Shown piece by piece: positions 12,801 through 26,654 of a stretch of 64,000 nt of DNA. Both the position numbers and the translations under genes were made by a program. Origin of the DNA: Yuukianura sp. NJ FZ-2021 (Eukaryota); assembly GCA_046563655.1 (NCBI GenBank), contig CM102287.1, forward strand, positions 806,001-870,000, written 5' to 3'. The first letter of the stretch is position 1. Every line of letters starts with the position of its first letter. Below the pieces are notes generated by a model. That model saw nothing but the letters and a program-made list of their open reading frames with translations, did not search any database and was not told where the DNA came from.

Positions 12801-15800
12801 ATGCGTATACACTGGAAGCGTGAGCCCTGTACAACAGCGATTGCAAATACGAAACCCTGTGTTGCCTAAAAGCTATTTTTTAGTTGCAATCATAACTAGT
12901 TCTTAGAAGCCAGTTGGCTTCGCAGCTCTGCGCGATATAGGGATAATAAGTCGACAGTTGTAGGCAGCAGCAAGTGGATATTTGATGTATGTGTGCACTG
13001 TTGGCCATAAAGCCACAAAATAAGCAAGTTGGTCAAAGGTAAATACGCTGCTTGAACAGCGACACTTCGAGGTGCATATGTTACATTGAAGTTTCAGGAA
13101 CACCCTTACCAACACTTGGTGCCTAAAATGTGGGCTGCAAAATGGAATGTGATCAGCACACTCCAGACAGTGTGCAACTATTTACTGTAATGGAATTCTT
13201 TCGCTGTATGTGCATACACTGGAAGCGTGAGCCCTGTACAACAGCGATTGCAAATACGAAACCCTGTGTTGCCTAAAAGCTATTTTTTAGTTGCAATTAT
13301 AACTAGTGCGTTGAAGCCAGTTGGGTTCGCAGCGCTTCGCGATATAGGAATAACAAGTCGACAGTTGTAGGCAACAGCATGTGGATATTTGATGTATGTG
13401 TGCACCGTTGGCCACAAAGCCACAAAATAAGCAAGTTGGTCAAAGGTAAATACGCTGCTTGAACAGCGACACTTCGATGTGCATATGTTACATTGAAGTT
13501 TCAGGAACACCCTTACCAACACTTGGTCCTCAAAATGTGGGCTGCAAAATGGAATGTGATCAGCACACTCCAGACAGTGTGCAACTATTTACTGTAATGG
13601 AATTCTTTCGCTGTATGTGTATACAATGGAAGCGTGAGCCCTGTACAACAGCGATTGCAAAAACGAAACCTTGTGTTGCCTAAAAGCTATTTTTTAGTTG
13701 CAATCATAACTAGTTCTTAGAAGTCAGTTGGCTTCGCAGCTCTGCGCGATATAGGTATAATAAGTCGACAGTTGTAGGCAACAGCAAGTGGATATTTGAT
13801 GTATGTGTGCACTGTTGGCCATAAAGCCACAAAATAAGCAAGTTGGTCAAAGGTAAATACGCTGCTTGAACAGCGACACTTCGAGGTGCATATGTTACAT
13901 TGAAGTTTCAGGAACACCCTTACCAACACTTGGTCCTCAAAATGTGGGCTGCAAAATGGAATGTGATCAGCACACTCCAGAGAGTGTGCAACTATTTACT
14001 GTAATGGAATTCTTTCGCTGTATGTGTATACACTGGAAGCGTGAGCCCTGTACAACAGCGATTGCAAATACGAAACCCTGTGTTGCCTAAAAGCTATTTT
14101 TTAGTTGCAATCATAACTAGTGCGTAGAAGCCAGTTTGGTTCGCAGCGCTGCACGATATAGGGATAACAAGTCGACAGTTGTAGGCAACAGCAAGTGGAT
14201 ATTTGATGTATGTGTGCACCGTTGGCCACAAAGCCACAAAATAAGCAAGTTGGTCAGAGGTAAATACGCTGCTTGAACAGCGACACTTCGAGGAGCATTT
14301 GTTACATTGAAGTTTCAGGAACACCTTTACCAACACTTGGTCCCTAAAATGTGGGCTAAAAATGGAATGTGATCAGCACACTCCAGACAGTGTGCAACTA
14401 TTTACTGTAATGGAATTCTTTCGCTGTATGCGTATACACTGGAAGCGTGAGCCCTGTACAACAGCGATTGCAAATACGAAACCCTGTGTTGCCTAAAAGC
14501 TATTTTTTAGTTGCAATCATAACTAGTTCTTAGAAGCCAGTTGGCTTCGCAGCTCTGCGCGAATTAGGGATAATAAGTCGACAGTTGTAGGCAACAGCAA
14601 GTGGATATTTGATGTATGTGTGCACTGTTGGCCATAAAGCCACAAAATAAGCAAGTTGGTCAAAGGTAAATACGCTGCTTGAACAGCGACACTTCGAGGT
14701 GCATATGTTACATTGAAGTTTCAGGAACACCCTTACCAACACTTGGTCCTCAAAATGTGGGCTGCAAAATGGAATGTGATCAGCACACTCCAGACAGTGT
14801 GCAACTATTTACTGTAATGGAATTGTTTCGCTGTATGTGTATAAACTGGAAGCGTGAGCCCTGTACAACAGCGATTGCAAATACGAAACCCTGTGTTGCC
14901 TAAAAGCTATTTTTTAGTTGCAATCATAACTAGTGCGTAGAAGCTAGTTGGCTTCGCAGCGCTTCGCGATATAGGGATAACAAGTCGACAGTTGTAGGCA
15001 ACAGCAAGTGGATATTTGATGTATGTGTGCACCGTTGGCCACAAAGCCACAAAATAAGCAAGTTGGTCAGAGGTAAATACGCTGCTTGAACAGCGACACT
15101 TCGAGGAGCATTTGTTACATTGAAGTTTCAGGAACACCTTTACAAACACTTGGTCCCTAAAATGTGGGCTAAAAATGGAATGTGATCAGCACTCTCCAGA
15201 CAGTGTGCAACTATTTACTGTAATGGAATTCTTTCGCTGTATGCGTATACACTGGAAGCGTGAGCCCTGTACAACAGCGATTGCAAATACGAAACCCTGT
15301 GTTGCCTAAAAGCTATTTTTTAGTTGCAATCATAACTAGTGCGTAGAAGCCAGTTGGGTTCGCAGCGCTGCGCGATATAGGGATAACAAGTCGACAGTTG
15401 TAGGCAACAGCAAGTGGATATTTGATGTATGTGTGCACCGTTGGCCACAAAGCCACAAAATAAGCAAGTTGGTCAGAGGTAAATACGCTGCTTGAACAGC
15501 GACACTTCGAGGAGCATTTGTTACATTGAAGTTTCAGGAACACCTTTACCAACACTTGGTCCTCTAAAATGTGGGCTAAAAATGGAATGTGATCAGCACA
15601 CTCCAGACAGTGTGCAACTATTTACTGTAATGGAATTCTTTCGCTGTATGCGTATACACTGGAAGCGTGAGCCCTGTACAACAGCGATTGCAAATACGAA
15701 ACCCTGTGTTGCCTAAAAGCTATTTTTTAGTTGCAATCATAACTAGTTCTTAGAAGCCAGTTGGCTTCGCAGCTCTGCGCGATATAGGGATAATAAGTCG

Positions 15801-18800
15801 ACAGTTGTAGGCAACAGCAAGTGGATATTTGATGTATGTGTGCACCGTTGGCCACAAAGCCACAAAATAAGCAAGTTGGTCAAAGGTAAATACGCTGCTT
15901 GAACAGCGACACTTCGAGGTGCATATGTTACATTGAAGTTTCAGGAACACCCTTACCAACACTTGGTCCTCAAAAAATGTGGGCTGCAAAATGGAATGTG
16001 ATCAGCACACTCCAGACAGTGTGCAACTATTTACTGTAATGGAATTCTTTCGCTGTATGTGCATACACTGGAAGCGTGAGCCCTGTACAACAGCGATTGC
16101 AAATACGAAACCCTGTGTTGCCTAAAAGCTATTTTTTAGTTGCAATCATAACTAGTGCGTTGAAGCCAGTTGGGTTCGCAGCGCTGCGCGATAGAGGGAT
16201 AACAAGTCGACAGTTGTAGGCAACAGCAAGTGGATATTTGATGTATGTGTGCACCGTTGGCCACAAAGCCACAAAATAAGCAAGTTGGTCAAAGGTAAAT
16301 ACGCTGCTTGAACAGCGACACTTCGATGTGCATATGTTACATTGAAGTTTCAGGAACACCCTTACCAACACTTGGTCCTCAAAATGTGGGCTGCAAAATG
16401 GAATGTGATCAGCACACTCCAGACAGTGTGCAACTATTTACTGTAATGGAATTCTTTCGCTGTATGTGTATACAATGGAAGCGTGAGCCCTGTACAACAG
16501 CGATTGCAAAAACGAAACCTTGTGTTGCCTAAAAGCTATTTTTTAGTTGCAATCATAACTAGTTCTTAGAAGCCAGTTGGGTTCGCAGCGCTGCGCGATA
16601 TAGGGATAACAAGTCGACAGTTGTAGGCAACAGCAAGTGGATATTTGATGTATGTGTGCACCGTTGGCCACAAAGCCACAAAATAAGCAAGTTGGTCAAA
16701 GGTAAATACGCTGCTTGAACAGCGACACTTCGAGGTGCATATGTTACATTGAAGTTTCAGGAACACCCTTACCAACACTTGGTCCTCAAAATGTGGGCTG
16801 CAAAATGGAATGTGATCAGCACACTCCAGACAGTGTGCAACTATTTACTGTAATGGAATTCTTTCGCTGTATGTGTATACAATGGAAGCGTGAGTCCTGT
16901 ACAACAGCGATTGCAAATACGAAACCCTGTGTTGCCTAAAAGCTATTTTTTAGTTGCAATCATAACTAGTGCGTAGAAGCCAGTTGGCTTCGCAGCGCTG
17001 CGCGATATAGGGATAACAAGTCGACAGTTGTAGGCAACAGCAAGTGGATATTTGATGTATGTGTGCACCGTTGGCCACAAAGCCACAAAATAAGCAAGTT
17101 GGTCAAAGGTAAATACGCTGCTTGAACAGCGACACTTAGAGGAGCATTTGTTACATTAAAGTTTCAGGAACACCTTTACCAACACTTGGTCCCTAAAATG
17201 TGGGCTAAAAATGGAATGTGATCAGCACACTCCAGACAGTGTGCAACTATTTACTGTAATGGAATTCTTTCGCTGTATGTGTATACACTGGAAGCGTGAG
17301 CCCTGTACAACAGCGATTGCAAATACGAAACCCTGTGTTGCCTAAAAGCTATTTTTTAGTTGCAATCATAACTAGTTCTTAGAAGCCAGTTGGCTTCGCA
17401 GCTCTGCGCGATATAGGGATAATAAGTCGACAGTTGTAGGCAGCAGCAAGTGGATATTTGATGTATGTGTGCACTGTTGGCCATAAAGCCACAAAATAAG
17501 CAAGTTGGTCAAAGGTAAATACGCTGCTTGAACAGCGACACTTCGAGGTGCATATGTTACATTGAAGTTTCAGGAACACCCTTACCAACACTTGGTGCCT
17601 AAAATGTGGGCTGCAAAATGGAATGTGATCAGCACACTCCAGACAGTGTGCAACTATTTACTGTAATGGAATTCTTTCGCTGTATGTGTATACACTGGAA
17701 GCGTGAGCCCTGTACAACAGCGATTGCAAATACGAAACCCTGTGTTGCCTAAAAGCTATTTTTTAGTTGCAATCATAACTAGTGCGTAGAAGCCAGTTGG
17801 GTTCGCAGCGCTGCGCGATATAGGGATAACAAGTCGACAGTTGTAGGCAACAGCAAGTGGATATTTGATGTATGTGTGCACCGTTGGCCACAAAGCCACA
17901 AAATAAGCAAGTTGGTCAAAGGTAAATACGCTGCTTGAACAGCGACACTTCGAGGTGCATATGTTACATTGAAGTTTCAGGAACACCCTTACCAACACTT
18001 GGTCCTCAAAATGTGGGCTGCAAAATGGAATGTGATCAGCACACTCCAGACAGTGTGCAACTATTTACTGTAATGGAATTCTTTCGCTGTATGTGTATAC
18101 ACTGGAAGCGTGAGCCCTGTACAACAGCGATTGCAAAAACGAAACCTTGTGTTGCCTAAAAGCTATTTTTAGTTGCAATCATAACTAGTTCTTAGAAGCC
18201 GGTTGGCTTCGCAGCTCTGCGCGAATTAGGGATAATAAGTTGACAGTTGTAGGCAACAGCAAGTGGATGTTTGATGTATGTGTGCACCGTTGGCCACAAA
18301 GCCACAAAATAAGCAAGTTGGTCAGAGGTAAATACGCTGCTTGAACAGCGACACTTCGAGGAGCATTTGTTACATTGAAGTTTCAGGAACACCTTTACCA
18401 ACACTTGGTCCCTAAAATGTGGGCTAAAAATGGAATGTGATCAGCACACTCCAGACAGTGTGCAACTATTTACTGTAATGGAATTCTTTCGCTGTATGCG
18501 TATACACTGGAAGCGTGAGCCCTGTACAACAGCGATTGCAAATACGAAACCCTGTGTTGCCTAAAAGCTATTTTTTAGTTGCAATCATAACTAGTGCGTA
18601 GAAGCTAGTTGGCTTCGCAGCGCTTCGCGATATAGGGATAACAAGTCGACAGTTGTAGGCAACAGCAAGTGGATATTTGATGTATGTGTGCACCGTTGGC
18701 CACAAAGCCACAAAATAAGCAAGTTGGTCAGAGGTAAATACGCTGCTTGAACAGCGACACTTAGAGGAGCATTTGTTACATTAAAGTTTCAGGAACACCT

Positions 18801-21304
18801 TTACCAACACTTGGTCCCTAAAATGTGGGCTAAAAATGGAATGTGATCAGCACACTCCAGACAGTGTGCAACTATTTACTGTAATGGAATTCTTTCGCTG
18901 TATGTGTATACACTGGAAGCGTGAGCCCTGTACAACAGCGATTGCAAATACGAAACCCTGTGTTGCCTAAAAGCTATTTTTTAGTTGCAATCATAACTAG
19001 TGCGTAGAAGCCAGTTGGGTTCGCAGCGCTGCGCGATATAGGGATAACAAGTCGACAGTTGTAGGCAACAGCAAGTGGATATTTGATGTATGTGTGCACC
19101 GTTGGCCACAAAGCCACAAAATAAGCAAGTTGGTCAGAGGTAAATACGCTGCTTGAACAGCGACACTTCGAGGAGCATTTGTTACATTGAAGTTTCAGGA
19201 ACACCTTTACCAACACTTGGTCCCTAAAATGTGGGCTAAAAATGGAATGTGATCAGCACACTCCAGACAGTGTGCAACTATTTACTGTAATGGAATTCTT
19301 TCGCTGTATGCGTATACACTGGAAGCGTGAGCCCTGTACAACAGCGATTGCAAATACGAAACCCTGTGTTGCCTAAAAGCTATTTTTTAGTTGCAATCAT
19401 AACTAGTGCGTAGAAGCCAGTTGGCTTCGCAGCTCTGCGCGATAGAGGGATAATAAGTCGATAGTTGTAGGCAACAGCAAGTGGATATTTGATGTATGTG
19501 TGCACTGTTGGGTATAAAGCCACAAAATAAGCAAGTTGGTCAAAGGTAAATACGCTGCTTGAACAGCGACACTTCGAGGTGCATATGTTACATTGAAGTT
19601 TCAGGAACACCCTTACCAACACTTGGTGCCTAAAATGTGGGCTGCAAAATGGAATGTGATCAGCACACTCCAGACAGTGTGCAACTATTTACTGTAATGG
19701 AATTCTTTCGCTGTATGTGTATACAATGGAAGCGTGAGCCCTGTACAACAGCGATTGCAAATACGAAACCCTGTGTTGCCTAAAAGCTATTTTTTAGTTG
19801 CAATTATAACTAGTGCGTTGAAGCCAGTTGGGTTCGCAGCGCTTCGCGATATAGGAATAACAAGTCGACAGTTGTAGGCAACAGCATGTGGATATTTGAT
19901 GTATGTGTGCACCGTTGGCCACAAAGCCACAAAATAAGCAAGTTGGTCAAAGGTAAATACGCTGCTTGAACAGCGACACTTCGATGTGCATATGTTACAT
20001 TGAAGTTTCAGGAACACCCTTACCAACACTTGGTCCTCAAAATGTTAGGGCTGCAAAATGAGAAACCTGTGATCAGATAATCCAGGTGCAACTATTTACT
20101 GTAATGGAATTCTTTCGCTGTATGTGTATACACTGGAAGCGTGAGCCCTGTACAACTGCGATTGCAAAAACAGAAACCTATCTTGCCTAAAAGCTATTTT
20201 TTAGTTGACATCATAACTAGTTCTTACGAAGCCAGTTGGTATGCAGTAACTCAACGCAACTTAATATAATAAGTCGACAGTTGTAGGCAACAGCAAGTGG
20301 ATATTTGATGTATGTGTGCACCATAAAGCCACAAAATAAGCAAGTTGGTCAAATAAATACGCTGCTTGAACAGCGACACTTCATGCATATGTTACATTGA
20401 AGTTTCAGGAACACCCTTACCAACACTTGCCAAGTCCTCAAAATGTTAGGGCTGCAAAATGGAACCTGTGATCAGCACACTCCAGATAGTGTGCAACTAT
20501 TTACTGTAGTGGAATTGTTTCGCTGTATGTGTATACACTGGAAGCGTGAGTCCTGTACAACAGCGATTGCAAATACGAAACCCTGTGTTGCCTAAAAGCT
20601 ATTTTTTAGTTGCAATCATAACTAGTGCGTAGAAGCCAGTTGGGTTCGCAGCGCTGCGCGATATAGGGATAACAAGTCGACAGTTGTAGGCAACAGCAAG
20701 TGGATATTTGATGTATGTGTGCACCGTTGGCCACAAAGCCACAAAATAAGCAAGTTGGTCAAAGGTAAATACGCTGCTTGAACAGCGACACTTCGAGGAG
20801 CATTTGTTACATTGAAGTTTCAGGAACAACCTTTACCAACACTTGCCAAGTCCCTAAAATGTTGGGCTCCAAAAATGAGAAACCTTCATCAGATAACTTA
20901 GACAGGGGATAGCTATTTACTGTAGTGAATTCTTTCATGGGGCTCTAAATGTAAACACTGGAAGTATCGAGAGGCCCATGTACTGGATGCTTTGCAAATA
21001 CGAAACCCTATCTTGCCTATGAGACTAACTATTTTTTAGTTGCAATCATAAATAGTTCTTACGAATAGGTATGCTAAGTAACTCAACGCAACTTAATATA
21101 GTAGGCATCAATAAGTCGACAAAGGGATATTTGATAGGCATTTGTTCCCAGTTGGATATTTGATGTATGTGTGCACAATTTGCTTTGGAATAAATGCTTT
21201 AATAAAATTATGGCCAACAATACATGGTCAAAGGTTAAATTGAAGTTATAGCAACAACCACAACCCTTCGAGTGCATATGTTACATTGAAGTTTCAGGAA
21301 CACC
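836..21304. repeat. Satellite DNA array, ~406-408 bp monomer, ~50 head-to-tail copies; degenerate after ~20040
   Basis: Landmarks such as GTGTTGCCTAAAAGCTATTTTTTAGTTGC recur every ~407 bp; near-identical short ORFs in the track recur with the same period. Confidence 0.98.
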
Positions 21305-21737
21305 TGTGACCTCCCAGCCAGGGTGAACCTGGACAAGGGTCACACACGTCGCCGCTTGGTCGGCGGTCCACTGGTTCATCGACCTCTGTGCCCAGGTCCG
21401 AACACCACCGAGGTGGCGCAGGTCCTGGGTGCCAGCTCTAAGAATCGTGGCTGAGGAATATGGCTGAATGCTGTCTCAAGGAAAGTCGTAGACGAAGGCA
21501 AAGGGTGGCTACGTTCCTTTATTGTCTCTAGAATCTCCCTACTCCAGTGACTGGACTCCGCCGTGACTCTCGGTCGGAAGAGGAACCATCTGGAAGATAG
21601 TTCCTCCTCGACCAAGCGCTCATCACTCACTGACTGACCATCGGGATATGACTGAGATCCTAGCCTCATCCCGAGTGCCGTAACACACCTCTGCTTGGAG
21701 ACGAAGTGAGGAATCCCGCCCGGCGGGGTTACTCACA
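21305..21737 (-). repeat. 3' LTR (433 bp)
   Basis: Direct repeat of 30823-31255; preceded on the minus strand by a short purine tract CCGGGGAATA. Confidence 0.93.
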
Positions 21738-24584
21738 TATTCCCCGGGTCACGGCGAAATTCCTGTCAAGGAATTTGAACAGAGTCTGTTTACAAAAGTC
21801 ATAGCTCAATATGCTAACATTTTGATATTTTTATGTGTTTTTTGACTAATTGCTACTAGGCTAAGATTCGTACAACATTCAAATAATATATATGTCAATA
21901 CAATGCTGGATTACAGGATATGTATGTTACTACATTGCTACTAATAGATTACGAACATAGAAAGAAAAAGTTTTAGAAGTTGTTAGCACAGGCATACCAC
22001 TGTCAAATGATGTTATATTATTTTGTAGAAAGAATGTACGAATTAAAGAGAGAAAGGTAAGTGTTGGTACTGACAATGAATTACTTAAACCCAACAGAGA
22101 AAAAACATTGTATAAGACATAACGAAGAAAAGCAAAGTATTGTGAAACATAAAAGAAATAATTCAATTGGAAATAAATCTACACTAAGTTAGAGCTATAT
22201 GTGTGTGTTTACTTTTCGAAAACTGTTTCTTTACGTTTGATGGATTTCTCGGTTATCACACAAGTGTCCAAACCCATTTTAAGTATGTTTTGTGGATTTT
22301 GTTTTTTGTATATTTGTTGAGCGGTTGATTGTAGATGGTTAGAACAAGGATAGAGCAGGCCGTTGTGTTCTTAAAAGAAATTGAATGAAGAAATTGGTCG
22401 TTGGATGGATCCGAAAATCACGACTGAGCAACCGTAGTGAGTTCTAGTTCTTGATATACCCGTTGCTACTTTGCGCAGTTAAATTCTGGAGGAAGGTTCC
22501 TTCCTCTTGATATGACGAGGGGTATGTGGAAGGATTGTGGTTTGGGAAACTGGTCCAGGGCCTTTGTATGTGAGACGAATTTGAAAGTTTAGGTTCAGAA
22601 AGTTGGTGGTATGCCATCGTTATGTGTCGGGTCTGCGAAGATGTGAACAGAGCGGCGTGCTGCATTTCACAGTAGTGTCAATTGTATGGACCGTTGACTA
22701 ATCAAGCTGCTCGGTCTCTTCCATTGTAGACACGCCAAATAATTATTCCGATGGACGAACAGCGCAGGTGACAATGAGAATGACAGTGGGATGGTAAACT
22801 GACTACAACGTGAAACAAAGCCAAGCGCTCACAGAAGGACTATTGGTAATAGATCCAAATCGTCGAAAAAATTCGAGTGAGAGTAACAAGTTCAGGCAAT
22901 AAGCATGTCGTCGTTGCTGGAAGTCGAAAAGTAAACGATCCAACGTAGGGGTCACAGAGTTAGAATATAGGTTGCTTCTGAGCTAAAGATGAAAAGTAAA
23001 CACGATCTAAGGCTTCATCATCTGTGGAAGGAAGCGCACAATTGATCGTGGAGATGTGGAGAAGAAGGATTATCTCGACGAGTAGAAGTCGCATGTTGTT
23101 GACGCTGCCTTGCGATGATACAATTGTAAATGGAAAAGAGTTAGACTAAAACTAAAACTAAGACTAATACTAAAACTAAGTTCATTATTTTGACTTAAAT
23201 TATGAACATTCACACTAGAGAGCAAGGTTACTATAGCAACCAATCTACAAATAGGCTACAAGAGGTTATCCATCAAAACATTGGAATAGGTAAGGCGATC
23301 TGGTGTTTTAGTGATCCTACGTGGTTAGGTTAGTTATCCTTCCTAACCACTGAGACAACTCTGGAGTCTGTTGCTAAAATTTATGAGGAGTGGAGTTCGG
23401 GTAGAGATGAGGTAAGTTTAGGAGGAAGCGAAGGTAACTCTGAAAACATTGGAATGGCGTGCGACCATTTTTCTGGCCATATTTCTGTGTGAAGGTCAAA
23501 CTGAACAGGTTGCGCTCAGTACTGGGTAGCGGAGCGTGTAATGGCGCCAATCGTGAGCAGCGTGCCTCTTTCTGAAACCCACATTTCTCGGTTTGCAAGA
23601 AAGTGAGAATTCGGTCATTATGCTTTGATTGCGTCAAAATGTGTATCAGACCCCTACGAATGGAAATGTAGATTGGATGGTGCATCGAAGACAGAAATAG
23701 GGAGAAAGAAAACACTCCTCCCAACCTTCCACAACAATAGGAGCATAGGTAGACAGTAAATAGCTTCGAGTTTCGATATATTTCCAGAGATTAACCGGAT
23801 TTGATAACCGATGAATGAAAAAAAAAACCCGCCAACTGGTTACTTGCGCTTTAGTGTTATTAGATTTGTAAATGTTGTACGTTATAGGCTTGACAGAACT
23901 AAGCGGAATAATATCAGTAAATTTGTGCGCCAAACAAATTGATTAAAATTTGTTCATCAGTACTTGGTCTCTTACGGTATAGAATTGGTTTTGCGTTGTT
24001 GTTCTGCAATCGCAGTCTGAATTTGCAACCATAATGCTTGGAACGCTTCGTATTTAGTTTCGGAAGTCCCGATTGTTAATCACCGCAAAATAAGTGTAAT
24101 AAGCGAATCCAGTACAAAATAACCTACACAAAATTGATTTGGGACGAAATCTTTGTCTGAAAAGTAGTAGCATTACATGGTACCATTCAACTATGTTTTA
24201 GTAATTTTTGACTTTGTTATTATCGAATGACAGCATTTCCGTTGTTCGACGGGCCAGTTGGCTTTGAAGGTATGGGCATTATACTGAATAATTAAGTGGG
24301 CATATTGTAATTAGTACACAGGTTACGCTGGTTAGAAGGATATAGTATAATTTCGCCAATGTCTCTCTTGTAAGCAAAAATATCGTTGAACTCAACCAAA
24401 AGTTCCTGTAACTGTGCCTTTGGTCTGGTTCCGACTCGGGATTTATTCTCAGTAATGTCCGATTGGTGTGATAGTTCATTACGTTCTCCTGTTAGGTTAA
24501 AAATACTAAAGTTGGTAAATTTTTATCTGCTTCTTGCTCTGCCGTACTTGGGTCGATTAACTCCGCTTTTTTGAGGATGATTTA

Positions 24585-25330
24585 TCAACGTGTATAGACC
24601 GTGTGGACACTGTATTTCACTGGGGAGGTGAGGACCTTCGCGCCAGTGCTCCTTCGTACCATGGCCACTGATATCGAAGAAGGTTTCATTGCATATCTCA
24701 TTGCAATCTTCCCGGGGTTTAACTCTTCGCTATACTCTGACAAATCTGACTCAGGGACCCTTGTATGAATCAAATTCGGAGTTTCAGCGGGACACTCGAT
24801 TAACTCATTGAAATGCTCCATGTTATCGTCAGTGTATGTCATCATGCTCGTGTTCGTTTCGAAAACGTGTAGGTTGGGCATTACAGGTCGACCAAGTCCT
24901 ATTTCCGTCCAAACAAAACTTTGGGAACACCAACCAACACTATTTCGATTTGGCGCCGAGGGAGAACCGGAGCATGGGAGTAAGAGGGACAGCCTGGGCT
25001 GTGTAATCTTCGTAAATGTATATACAGCACAACAGATTAAAATTCTACCATCGTGTGTTGTGCCTTCCCAACTAATAGCTAAACGGTCGAAATCGATTAT
25101 GCCACGTTGATTCCGAAGAAAATCGGTTCCCAAAAGTACTTGTAGAGCAAAATCTTGCAACATTATTGTATGATCTGGCGACTGAATATAGTTAGACTTA
25201 ACTAAAGCTGAATTGACTAAGCTTATTCCCGCTCCCTTATGTAACCTAATTTCGGGTGGGCATTCTACGACATAACCACATACCTTCAAAAGACCATTTG
25301 TACCCTTTTTAAAACAAAAAGCGATGCCGG
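24585..25330 (-). pseudogene. Decayed retrotransposon aspartic protease / pol remnant
   Basis: LLGTDFL matches the ILGxDFL C-terminal motif of retroviral-type proteases directly after gag; no intact D[ST]G, RT or RNase H motifs seen. Confidence 0.5.
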
Positions 25331-25395
25331 ATAAGAGATGTGTAAATGTGGGAATGGTGACATAATACGAGGCGAGTTGGTTGTCATTGTGGTGG

Positions 25396-26654
25396 TTAAG
25401 GGGAGTAACTGGTGTTCAAGGATTCTATGACTGGATCGGATTGGCGGCTCGTCACTGATGTCAAGAACGGATGGGCGTTGGCCGCTGTCTCCATCCACTG
25501 ACCGTTTTTTGGCTGAGCACGGCATTCTGCGTCGCCGTTTGTCGCGGATTGATGCATTGAGCACCATACACCGGTTTCAGTTAGGTGGCGCCCAGAAGCT
25601 GTACTCTCTCCACAATTTTGCTGTTGTAATATGAATGTTTGCATTTGCTCGATGATTCGTCCGAATTTGTCTAATTGCTCTGTCTGTGCCGCCAGCACCG
25701 CTGGAGCTTGGGTCATAACATGCACATCTTTTTGGTGTAGAAGTAATTCGTTCGTTTCTTCTATGGATTTTAACGCTTTTAAGAATTCGTCAATGGTTTT
25801 AGGTTTGTGGATGCCCAATGCAGTTAAGTTGGATGGTCGTAGGTTACGTATTAACCAACGTACTTGACGCGATTCGGGCATATCCGGATCCATCAGACGG
25901 AGAAGGTTGGTCAGATCGTAAGTGTATTCCGTAGCGGATTCATTCAAGTGTTGTCGTCGATTGATAACTTTTTGTTCAGCTGACATCGTACTGGTGCTTC
26001 CAAACGCTTTTATCAGAGCTTGTTCCACCATATTGTAGTCAACCAAAAGGGCCGAGGCCGGAGGCGATGTGGAACATCGGGTTGATTCCAAAAAGAGAAA
26101 AGCCAAGCTTCAGCCGTACCGGTCAAATGATTACTCAGCAAAATCGGCCACTCCGACTTCGGGATGGAGTTCCCGGTCATCGCCAATTGAAACTTCGTCA
26201 GATAACGCACAACATCTTCTCCGGGTTTGCCGCTGAACGTTGGTACTTTAATTTTATAGTATGTTGTTTTCGATTCGGACTTAGAACCGCCCGTCGGTGT
26301 TGCTTGGGACATATTGATGGGAAGACTGGCTGAAAATTTCAACGGTGTCGTAGGTAATTGTGAGGAAGTGGGGATGTGCGAGGGTAATTTACTACCGCTG
26401 ATGGCAGACGGAGGGATCACTTGAGGGAGAGGTAGCGGTGAAGGGATATATGGTGGTGGATTTGTGGGATTAAGCGACGCCTGTGACTTGGGTTTCGGGA
26501 GAGGTGGGGCAGGAGGAATGGAAGACGGCAGGACTACTCGAGGCTGTAAGTTCAGTTTCCCCTGGTGTTGTGAAAATCCGGGAGTTTGTAATTGCTCGGT
26601 TTCAGGATTAGGAGGAGGCGATTGGGCGGAGGACCGTGTTGTTATCTTTGGCAT
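25396..26654 (-). pseudogene. gag: Ty3/Gypsy-type Gag, frameshifted near 26090-26100
   Basis: Pro-rich N-terminus, PTFSGKPGEDVVRYLTKF...LTGTAEAW, RRQHLNESATEY capsid motifs, degenerate CxxH...C knuckle; split over ORFs 26013-26654 and 25396-26106. Confidence 0.8.

Noticed and set aside
846..20829. Dozens of 60-80 aa ORFs on both strands of the satellite
   Set aside because: Non-ATG starts, freely gained and lost by monomer indels, no domain; by-products of the repeat
836..21304. CRISPR array or tandem RNA-gene (5S, tRNA, SL) cluster
   Set aside because: No unique spacers, eukaryotic context, no cas genes; no cloverleaf, Pol III boxes or hammerhead core recognised
21376..21669. Duplicated 97-aa ORF (also 30894-31187)
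   Set aside because: Lies wholly inside the LTRs; the duplication is explained by the LTR pair
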